Assembly: GCA_022566715.1 (NCBI GenBank)
Contig: JADFIH010000001.1
Span: 2,420-66,419 of the forward strand
Length of the DNA stretch: 64,000 bases
Source: Pseudomonadota bacterium
Lineage (GTDB): Bacteria; Pseudomonadota; Alphaproteobacteria; SHVP01
Direction of reading: 5' to 3'
The first letter of the stretch is position 1; each line of letters starts with the position of its first letter. Positions 53,723-61,141 of this stretch are shown here, in pieces. The translations under genes were made by a program, and so were the position numbers. The notes under the pieces were generated by a model. It saw only the letters and a list, made by a program, of their open reading frames with translations, was not told where the DNA came from and searched no databases.

Positions 53723-54161
53723 TTCCGAACCGCCCCGCCCGTCCAAGCTCTCGCTCGTCGTCTCTTCGGGCGATTTCGACAAGGTGCATTATGCCTTGGC
53801 CATGGCGAGCGCCGCGGTGGCCGTCAATGTGCCGGCGACCCTGTTTTTCACCATGGAAGCGATCCACGCGCTCAAGAAACCGGGCGGCGGAGAGTCCCCG
53901 GGCTGGCACGTTTTGCGCGCGGGAGACGGACGGCGGGCGCGCGAAGTCGACGAGCAATACGCTAGCCGCGGCGTCGCCCGCTTCAATGAGCTCTTGGAGG
54001 CCTGCCGCGACCTGGGCGCGGCCTTCATGATCTGCGACATGGGGCTGCGCGCCACCGGGCTCGAAATGGCCGATCTGCGCGACGATATCGACTACCGGCA
54101 AGGCGGACTCGTGACCTTCCTGAACGACGCCCGCGCCGATGGCGCCATGGTGTTCATCTAA
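53712..54161 (+). CDS. DsrE/DsrF-like sulfur-relay family protein
   Basis: DsrE fold pattern with a candidate active Cys in FMICDMG. Start overlaps the thiF/moeB 3' end. Confidence 0.6.
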   Translation: MPPDSEPPRPSKLSLVVSSGDFDKVHYALAMASAAVAVNVPATLFFTMEAIHALKKPGGGESPGWHVLRAGDGRRAREVDEQYASRGVARFNELLEACRDLGAAFMICDMGLRATGLEMADLRDDIDYRQGGLVTFLNDARADGAMVFI

Positions 54162-54165
54162 CAGA

Positions 54166-54290
54166 GAACAGAGGACAGGGATCAGGGATCAGGGATCAGG
54201 GATCAGGGATCAGACAGAGGGCCGAAAACAGGAATCAGGGATCAGAGAAGGCGAAACGCCTCTGATTACTGATATCTGATCCCTGGAATC
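54166..54290. repeat. CAGGGAT heptamer microsatellite with inverted partner forming a long hairpin (bidirectional terminator region)
   Basis: Five perfect tandem CAGGGAT copies (54166-54200), extra GGAATCAGGGATCAGAG, and downstream inverted copies (CTGATATCTGATCCCTGGAATCTGAT). Sits between convergent dsrE-like and 2-hydroxyacid dehydrogenase genes. Confidence 0.7.
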
Positions 54291-54307
54291 TGATGCCTGT
54301 CTTCTGA

Positions 54308-55294
54308 CTAAAGCAGTTGCGGCAGCACCCGGTCCGGTGGCCGATGGCCGTCAAAAAAGGTGCGGATGTTGATCAGCACCTTCTCGCCCATATCGATCCG
54401 GCCTTCCAGGGTGGCCGAACCGATGTGCGGTAAAAGAACCACGTTATCCAGCGCCAGCAGCTCGGGGTTCACTTTTGGCTCGTGCTCGTAGACGTCGAGC
54501 CCGGCGCCGCTCAATTCGCCGTCCCTGAGCATTTGCACCAGAACCTCCTCGTCCACGACCTCGCCGCGCGAGGTGTTGACGACGTAGGCGCTGGGCTGCA
54601 TCAGCTTGAGCCGGCGCCCGGACAAGAGATGATAGGTGGCGGGCGTATGCGGACAATTGACCGAGACGATGTCCATATGCGCTAGCATTTGATCGAGGCT
54701 CTCCCAATAGGTGGCCTCCAGTTCGGCCTCGGTGTCCTCGGCCACGCGATTGCGGTTGTGGTAGTGGATCGACAAGCCGAAGCCGCGGGCGCGCCGCGCC
54801 ACGGCCGTACCGATGCGCCCCATCCCGAGGATGCCCAGGCGTTTGCCCCAAATCCGGCGGCCCAACATGAAGTTCGGCGCCCAACCCGTCCACTTTCCGG
54901 CGCGCAACAGACGCTCGCCTTCGCCAAGCCGCCGGGGGACCGAGAGGATGAGCGCCATGGTCATGTCCGCCGTATCCTCGGTCAGGACCCCCGGCGTGTT
55001 GGTCACGGTAATGCCGCGCTCACTCGCAGCGGCGAGGTCTATGTGGTCGATCCCGGTGCCGAAGCTGGCGATCAGTTTTAGGCGCGGCGCGGCCTCGGCG
55101 ATGATTTGGGCGTCGACCCGGTCGGTCACGGTCGGCACAAGAACATCCGCCGATTGCACGGCGCCGATCAGATCTTCCCGCGACAACGCCTTGTCCGCCA
55201 CGTTGAGGCGGGCGTCGAACAGCTCCATCATCCGTGTCTCCACCGGATCGGGCAGCTTACGGGTTACGAAAACGACCGGTTTTTTCGTGGACAT
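54308..55294 (-). CDS. D-isomer-specific 2-hydroxyacid dehydrogenase (glyoxylate/hydroxypyruvate reductase-like)
   Basis: NAD-binding GILGMGRIGTAVARRA, catalytic Arg/Glu/His (NTSRG, LPHIGSAT). Start MSTKKPVVFV. Confidence 0.85.
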   Translation of the reverse strand: MSTKKPVVFVTRKLPDPVETRMMELFDARLNVADKALSREDLIGAVQSADVLVPTVTDRVDAQIIAEAAPRLKLIASFGTGIDHIDLAAASERGITVTNTPGVLTEDTADMTMALILSVPRRLGEGERLLRAGKWTGWAPNFMLGRRIWGKRLGILGMGRIGTAVARRARGFGLSIHYHNRNRVAEDTEAELEATYWESLDQMLAHMDIVSVNCPHTPATYHLLSGRRLKLMQPSAYVVNTSRGEVVDEEVLVQMLRDGELSGAGLDVYEHEPKVNPELLALDNVVLLPHIGSATLEGRIDMGEKVLINIRTFFDGHRPPDRVLPQLL

Positions 55295-55508
55295 GGCGGG
55301 TTCGACGACCGTTGCGGGGGCCAGACGGCTACCATTTCTTAGCAAATCCCCCCTATGGCGGCAAATGGCGCCCTCCAAGGAACGCGGGGCTTGACCGCTA
55401 TTCGAGTGCCTGGGCATAAAGGCGCGGAGCTTTCGGCGGCGGCCAAAGGTTCAATGTTCCGTTCAGTTTGGATTTGTCGAGGTTAGAGCCACGACCGCCT
55501 ATTTTAGT

Positions 55509-56009
55509 ATGCGCCGCGTTTGGCAAACCGCCCTTGTTGTACTGTCCGTTTTGGTGGTGCTGGCCTGGGAGAGCCCTGCCGTCCGGGCCAGCGAAAACGG
55601 GGGCTTCCTGCCGCACTTCGTCTCGTTGCGCGCGGACAAGGTGAACGTTCGCGCAGGACCGGGCATGCGCTATCCCATCTCTTGGGTGTTCCGCCGCGCC
55701 GGACTTCCGGTGGAAGCCATCGCCGAGTTCGATAATTGGTTCAAGGTGCGGTACGCCGACGGCGACGTGGGATGGGTTCACCGGCGCCTGCTCTCGGCCA
55801 GGCGCACCGCGGTCATCGCCGGCAAACTTCGGATCCTTCGGCGCGACCCCAAACCGGACGGAACCCCCGTGCTGCAGGCGGAGGAGGGGGTCCAGGGACA
55901 ACTCCTGACCTGCCAGGACGCCTGGTGTCAGTTGCAGATCGGGGGGAAAAAGGGTTGGCTCCCGCGCGAAGCCCTTTGGGGCGTGTACCCCGACGAAAAC
56001 TTCAATTAG
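55509..56009 (+). CDS. periplasmic SH3b-domain protein
   Basis: Signal peptide then an SH3-like domain (VNVRAGPGMRYPISWVF, WVHRRLL). The arrangement is common in alphaproteobacteria. Confidence 0.6.
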   Translation: MRRVWQTALVVLSVLVVLAWESPAVRASENGGFLPHFVSLRADKVNVRAGPGMRYPISWVFRRAGLPVEAIAEFDNWFKVRYADGDVGWVHRRLLSARRTAVIAGKLRILRRDPKPDGTPVLQAEEGVQGQLLTCQDAWCQLQIGGKKGWLPREALWGVYPDENFN

Positions 56010-56046
56010 CGCGATTCCGGTTCATCCGGAATCGTTCAAGGCCGCC

Positions 56047-56178
56047 AGAGCAGCATCCGTTCAGGTGAACGCCTTCGCCGCTCACCGAACGGATAAAGCT
56101 GCTCTTGCATATTGAAAAGTAGAGCAATTTTATCCGAGTGATCGAACCGGACCGGTTCAATCACTTCGGATATTGCTC
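56047..56178. repeat. structured palindromic repeat element, copy 2 (reverse orientation relative to copy 1)
   Basis: Reverse complement aligns with 33414-33564, including palindrome arms and the AGCAGCTTTATCCGTTCGG / GAACGGATGCTGCT hairpin. Arm differences are partly compensatory. Confidence 0.6.
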
Positions 56179-56303
56179 TAGGCGCCCCGCCGGTTATCCG
56201 GCGCGCCCGCGCAGGCGCGGACATCCTTAATTCATCCGAGATTGGCCCGTCCGAAGCCGTGAGCGACAAAAACTAGCGCGCCGACCCGGCGCCGCAATGC
56301 GCT

Positions 56304-56858
56304 CTATTCGAAATCGCCGGCCAGCGCTTCACGCGCTTCGGCGGGCAGGACCGCGGTATGGCCATAATTGGGATGGCCGATTCCGACCAGCACCTCGACC
56401 GCGGGATCGCGGAACCCGGCCACCTGCGCGTCGCTGAAGGGGAAATGCAGAAAATGGACGGACGAGGCCTTGCCGTCGCTCCGGGTGCGCTCGACATCGT
56501 CTTCGGGCACGGCGGTGATCGTTTCCTGCCCCACCTTTAAGGTGACCGTGCCCTCGACGCCGCCAAGCCGGCGCAGCTCCCGGCCGCGCCGTTCCGGATC
56601 GGGAATTTCGAACATCAGTGTCGCCACGAGTTCACGCCCCTTCGGCACGAGCGGGTTGTAGGCCGCAAGTTCGCCCTCGACCTGCGCCTCGCCACCCTTT
56701 TCGATGTGAAGCATCTCGTGAATCTGGATCCACATGGTGTCGTAGCTCTCGAAATAGAGGGTGGCGAAGGGACCGACCTCGACCCGGCGTTTTTTCTTGA
56801 TGGCCGACGCTTCGGCGCGCCGCTGTTTGCGGACGTCGGCGTAATCCGCCATCGGCAT
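56304..56858 (-). CDS. DUF3501-family protein
   Basis: Conserved partner of HdrD-like Fe-S proteins and rubrerythrin. Start MPMADYADVRK. Confidence 0.65.
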   Translation of the reverse strand: MPMADYADVRKQRRAEASAIKKKRRVEVGPFATLYFESYDTMWIQIHEMLHIEKGGEAQVEGELAAYNPLVPKGRELVATLMFEIPDPERRGRELRRLGGVEGTVTLKVGQETITAVPEDDVERTRSDGKASSVHFLHFPFSDAQVAGFRDPAVEVLVGIGHPNYGHTAVLPAEAREALAGDFE

Positions 56859-56907
56859 GATGTCGGCGCGAGTGATTTCCCGTTTCAAAGCGCTCACCGT
56901 CCGACCC

Positions 56908-58275
56908 TCACTCCGCCCCACTCTCCGACCCAATCTCCGAAATGCCGTAGGCGCGCGCCATGAGCTCCACCGGGTGGTAGGCGCGGCCACCAGGGACGGG
57001 CTCCTGGCCGAGCTTTTCCACCCCTTGAACGATGTGCTTGGCCGCCAAGGGACATTCGGATGCGAGGTAAGCCTTGCCGGCCTCGCGCGCCTTTTTGGCC
57101 ACGGGCTTGCCCACCTTTATGGCGACCTCGAAATTCTCACGTTTGATGCCCCACGATCCGCCATGCCCGGAGCAGCGTTCGATCACCGAGACATCCGTGT
57201 CGGGCAACAGGCGCAGGAGCTCGGCCGCCTTCGGGCCCATATTCTGGGCCCGCGCGTGGCAGGCGAGATGCACCGCGACGCCCCCCGGTAAGGGCGACAG
57301 GCCGTCCGCCAGCCCCTCGGCGCGGGCAATATCGACAATGTATTCGGTGATGTCCTTCGTCGCCCGCGAAAGCCGTTTGACGTCCGGGTCATCGGGCAGG
57401 ATGAGCGGCCATTCGAACTTCAGCATGAGAGAGCAAGACGGGATCAAGGCGACGATGTCGTAACCCTTCCCGATCCATGGCGCCATTTCCCGGGCGATCC
57501 GGCGGGCCCGGTTCGCAACCGACTCCAAATCGCCCTGCTCAAATTGCGGCATGCCGCAGCATTCTGGATAGACCACCTCGGTTTCGACGCCGTTCTTGGC
57601 GAGAACCCCCTGAGCCGCAACGCCGATTCCGGGACTGTTGTAATTCGCGAAACACGTCGCGTAGAGCACGGCCTTGCGCGCGGACGCCGGTGCATCGGAC
57701 GCAACCCGCGGCGGCGCCGACTTGCTTCGTCCGGCGAAGGTCTTGCGGTGGAATCGGGGCAGCTCCACGTCGCGGTGAATCCCGGCGATCCCCTCCAGCA
57801 GGGGCCGCGTCAGGCCATTGCCGCGCTTGGAGCCCCAGTTCGCCAGACCCGAAACCTTGCCCGCCAACCGCCCGTTGCGGTCGGTCTTGGCGATCTGCCG
57901 GTCGAAAAAACCGATGCCGTGGGATTTCTTTTCGGCGACCCGGTAGCGCAGCATGAGATGGGGGAAGTCGAGGTTGAACTCGTGCGGCGGCACATAAGGA
58001 CATTTGGTCATGAAGCACATGTCGCACAGGGTGCAGGCATCGACCACCGGAGCAAAGTCCTTGCTGTCCACCGAATCGAGCTCGCCGGTTTCCGAGCCGT
58101 CGATCAAATCGAAGAGGCGCGGGAACGAATCGCATAAGTTGAAACAGCGCCGGCAACCGTGGCAAATGTCGAAAACACGCCGAAGCTCCGCGTCGAGCTT
58201 GCCCGTGTCGGTGAAATCGGGATTGCGCCAATCGATGGGATGGCGTATCGGCGCTTCGGTGCCGCCCTCTTTCAT
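56908..58275 (-). CDS. heterodisulfide-reductase-related (HdrD/GlpC-like) Fe-S protein with two CCG domains
   Basis: Two ferredoxin-like cysteine motifs (CHGCRRCFNLC, CTLCDMCFMTKCP) and CCG-domain cysteines (YPECCGMP). Confidence 0.75.
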   Translation of the reverse strand: MKEGGTEAPIRHPIDWRNPDFTDTGKLDAELRRVFDICHGCRRCFNLCDSFPRLFDLIDGSETGELDSVDSKDFAPVVDACTLCDMCFMTKCPYVPPHEFNLDFPHLMLRYRVAEKKSHGIGFFDRQIAKTDRNGRLAGKVSGLANWGSKRGNGLTRPLLEGIAGIHRDVELPRFHRKTFAGRSKSAPPRVASDAPASARKAVLYATCFANYNSPGIGVAAQGVLAKNGVETEVVYPECCGMPQFEQGDLESVANRARRIAREMAPWIGKGYDIVALIPSCSLMLKFEWPLILPDDPDVKRLSRATKDITEYIVDIARAEGLADGLSPLPGGVAVHLACHARAQNMGPKAAELLRLLPDTDVSVIERCSGHGGSWGIKRENFEVAIKVGKPVAKKAREAGKAYLASECPLAAKHIVQGVEKLGQEPVPGGRAYHPVELMARAYGISEIGSESGAE

Positions 58276-58353
58276 GTCGCTGTTCGACCCCGTGCCTGAG
58301 AGGAAAAAGGGGGCCGCGATGAAGCCCCCTTCTCTAAGATCAGTTGAGTGGTT

Positions 58354-58773
58354 CTAGTCGAGCGTGTCCAGCGCCTTCTGGAAACGGCCGGCGTGAGATT
58401 TCTCGGCCTTTGCCAGGGTTTCAAACCAATCGGCGATTTCCTCGAACCCCTCGTCCCGCGCGGTACGCGCCATGCCGGGATACATGTCGGTGTACTCATG
58501 GGTCTCGCCGACGACAGCGGCCTTGAGGTTCAGCTGCGTACTGCCTATGGGCTCTCCCGTCGCCGGGTCGCCGGTTTCCTCGAGATACTCGAGATGCCCA
58601 TGGGCATGGCCGGTCTCACCCTCGGCGGTGGAGCGGAAGACCGCCGACACGTCGTTGTAGCCTTCGACATCCGCCTTTTGGGCGAAATAGAGATAGCGGC
58701 GATTCGCCTGCGACTCACCTGCAAACGCATCCTTCAAATTTTTTTCCGTCTTCGAACCGGCAAGCGATGCCAT
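58354..58773 (-). CDS. rubrerythrin-family diiron protein (no rubredoxin domain)
   Basis: Ferritin-like ExxH pairs (EGETGHAHGH, EYTDMYPGMARTARDEGFEEIADWFETLAKAEKSHAGRF). 139 aa. Confidence 0.8.
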   Translation of the reverse strand: MASLAGSKTEKNLKDAFAGESQANRRYLYFAQKADVEGYNDVSAVFRSTAEGETGHAHGHLEYLEETGDPATGEPIGSTQLNLKAAVVGETHEYTDMYPGMARTARDEGFEEIADWFETLAKAEKSHAGRFQKALDTLD

Positions 58774-58940
58774 CGTTCCTCCTCCTATCTGGATTTTCGA
58801 GTTTCATATGGCGAGATGGCGAGCGCGCCACCCCGTTTTGCCAGCCCTCCAATTGACAATTGACTGGCGAGAAAGCACGCGGCCATGCGCCCCGGCCGCG
58901 ATGATGGATATTTAATGCATCCCACGCAGCGAGTCAATAC

Positions 58941-58958
58941 ATTAGAATCGTTCTAATT
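58941..58958. promoter_or_regulatory. Irr-box / iron control element (ICE)-like palindrome upstream of rubrerythrin operon
   Basis: ATTAGAATCGTTCTAATT matches the ICE consensus TTTAGAA-N3-TTCTAAA at 12 of 14 positions. Lies 170 bp upstream of rubrerythrin and 100 bp downstream of irr. Confidence 0.5.
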
Positions 58959-58990
58959 ACCGACGAGCCAGAAATTTCCGGGAGTCAGCG

Positions 58991-59078
58991 ATCCCCGGTA
59001 ACGCGCCAAATACGACCGGGGACTATCTATCCCCGGTAACGCGCCAAAACGACCGGGGATTATCTATCCCCGGTAACA
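58991..59078. repeat. 2.4 tandem copies of a 37-38-bp hairpin-containing repeat overlapping the irr 3' end
   Basis: Unit ATCCCCGGTAACGCGCCAAA(T)ACGACCGGGGA(C/T)TATCT. Each unit holds the inverted repeat TCCCCGGT/ACCGGGGA. The partial third copy encodes the last 5 codons and stop of irr. Confidence 0.7.
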
Positions 59079-59494
59079 CGTATGACGACGTCGACGCTGG
59101 CGATCCGCTTTCCGGCGGGCGGATCGGGAAGCCGGCCGAGGACGACCGAACTACCGGGAATGTCTTCCAGGCGCCCAATGTCCTCATGATAGAAATGATG
59201 GTGCTCGGTCGTGTTGGTATCGAAATAGGATTTTCCGGGATCGACGACCACTTCATCGAGCAGGCCAACCTTCACGAACTGATGCAGGGTGTTGTAAATG
59301 GTCGCCAGCGAGACACGAACGCCCGCATCGACCGCTTCGGCGTGAAGCGCCTCCGCCGTCACGTGACGATGGGAGTCGCCGAAAAGAAGGCCGGCCAGGG
59401 CGAGCCGCTGCCGCGTGGGCCGCAGACCAACCTGCTTGAGACATCTCAAGGCGCCGCCATCACCGCGTGTGCTTGCACCCTGTGTGTTTGCCAT
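59060..59494 (-). CDS. irr: Fur-family regulator, Irr-like (iron response regulator)
   Basis: Fur winged-helix with the HHH motif (TEHHHFYHE) typical of Irr. Lacks the C-terminal Cys4 structural zinc site of Fur/PerR. Confidence 0.65.
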   Translation of the reverse strand: MANTQGASTRGDGGALRCLKQVGLRPTRQRLALAGLLFGDSHRHVTAEALHAEAVDAGVRVSLATIYNTLHQFVKVGLLDEVVVDPGKSYFDTNTTEHHHFYHEDIGRLEDIPGSSVVLGRLPDPPAGKRIASVDVVIRVTGDR

Positions 59495-59603
59495 GGCTTA
59501 TCTTAGCCTAAAACCCCAGAGTGTAGGGGGTATTTTCGAGGCATCGGCCGCTCCCAAATGGGTCATGCCCCAAAGGTCAAGTCCATGTGGGCCCTGTCCC
59601 GGT

Positions 59604-60998
59604 CTAGTCCCCCGTGGCAATACGTTCCACAAGCTGCCCGACCGTTGGGATGAAACCGTTGGAATAGAACGGATCCGTGGCGAATCGGTAGCCCCCGTGG
59701 CCGGAGAACATCAGTTGGTCTTCGATATCATCGGAGTGGGCGATCGACTGCAAGGTCTTTTGGATGCAAAAGCTGCGCGGATCGGCCTTCCGGCCCGTAC
59801 CGCGGCCCTCGCCCTGCGACCAGTTCGAAAAGCGGCATGAGCTCAGGCAACCCATGCATTCGATCTGGTCGGTTCGGATCTGGTTGGCCTTCTGGGGGGT
59901 GACGAAGATCAGAGTCGAACCGGGCGTGCGCAACGCGTCGGTGAAGCCGGCGGCGATCCAGGCCTCCGCCCGCGCCTTGTCTTGTTCGGCGACGTAAACG
60001 ATCCGCTTTCGGGGTCCGATCGGAAGCTCGGCGTTGTGTTCGCCGACGGGTTGAGTCGTATAGGCGACTTGCCGCCCATTTCGTTCACGCAATTCCTTGA
60101 TGAAGTTGTTGTCGACCGCCGAGGACCAGAACCCCGTCGGACTGTAGTGATTGAGAAAGATATCACCCTCCTTGAGGGTCACGAGTTTCGCCTTCCAAGC
60201 ATCCGAGATGGGGCATTCCTTGGTCAGAAGGGCCCGGGTGCCGAATTGGAAGGCGATGGGCCCCAACTCCTTGTTGTCGAACCAGTCCTGCCACTCGCGC
60301 AGATACCAGACCCCACCCGCCATGATGATGGGCGTTTCGCCGAGACCGTATTCCCGCATCTTGTTACGAAGCTCGACGACCCGTGGAAAGGGATCTTCGG
60401 GTACTTCGGGGTCTTCGCTGTTCGACAGGCCGTTGTGGCCGCCGGCCAGCCAAGGATCCTCGTAGACCACCCCGCCGAGCATGTCGGAGAACTTGTGATA
60501 GGCGCGTTTCCATAGGGCACGAAAGGCGCGCGAGGACGACACGATGGGATAATAGGATATGCCAAAGTTGGCCGCGATCTGGGCGATGCGGTAAGGCATA
60601 CCGGCGCCGCAGGTGACACCGTTGATCAGACCCTTGGCCCCTTCGAGCACGCCATTGAGCACGCGCTCCGCGGCCCCCATTTCCCACAGAACGTTTATGT
60701 GAATGGGGCCGCCCCGGGCGAGCTCGTAAGCGGCCTTCGCCTGGGTTATGCCGCCGTCGATCGCATAACGCACGAGTTCCTCGTGACGCTCCCGCCGCGT
60801 GCGGCCACTATAAATCTGCGGAATGACGCGGCCATTGTCGTCATAGGAATCCGCGTTGACGCCGGAGAAGGTGCCGATTCCCCCGGCGGCGGCCCAGGCG
60901 CCGGAGCACTCGCCGTTGGTGATGGCGACGCCCTTGCCCCCTTCGACCAAGGGCAGCACGTCGTGGCCCGACATGCGGATTGAGTTAAGCGCTTTCAA
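59604..60998 (-). CDS. nitronate monooxygenase (NMO / 2-nitropropane dioxygenase family, FMN-dependent, long form)
   Basis: 464 aa TIM-barrel NMO with FMN-binding glycine-rich segments (GVTCGAGMP, IMAGGVW). Confidence 0.75.
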   Translation of the reverse strand: MKALNSIRMSGHDVLPLVEGGKGVAITNGECSGAWAAAGGIGTFSGVNADSYDDNGRVIPQIYSGRTRRERHEELVRYAIDGGITQAKAAYELARGGPIHINVLWEMGAAERVLNGVLEGAKGLINGVTCGAGMPYRIAQIAANFGISYYPIVSSSRAFRALWKRAYHKFSDMLGGVVYEDPWLAGGHNGLSNSEDPEVPEDPFPRVVELRNKMREYGLGETPIIMAGGVWYLREWQDWFDNKELGPIAFQFGTRALLTKECPISDAWKAKLVTLKEGDIFLNHYSPTGFWSSAVDNNFIKELRERNGRQVAYTTQPVGEHNAELPIGPRKRIVYVAEQDKARAEAWIAAGFTDALRTPGSTLIFVTPQKANQIRTDQIECMGCLSSCRFSNWSQGEGRGTGRKADPRSFCIQKTLQSIAHSDDIEDQLMFSGHGGYRFATDPFYSNGFIPTVGQLVERIATGD

Positions 60999-61141
60999 GG
61001 CCCGTCACCATCAAGGAAAAAGCCGAGGCGCCCGGTGCGCCTCCCCCTAATATAGAATGATTCAAGACAAGGAAAAGTGGTCCAGCGGGGATTTTACAAC
61101 CCCCGCTAGTGAAAATCGTTCACCCCACCACTTTCTGATTT

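Noticed and set aside
54166-54200. Heptamer tandem repeat as a phase-variable contingency locus.
   Set aside because: It sits between two convergent stop codons and not in a promoter or reading frame. A terminator hairpin role is more parsimonious.
58991-59078. Possible CRISPR array (direct repeats of about 37 bp).
   Set aside because: Only 2.4 directly abutting copies with no spacers, and no cas genes. The repeats overlap a coding 3' end.
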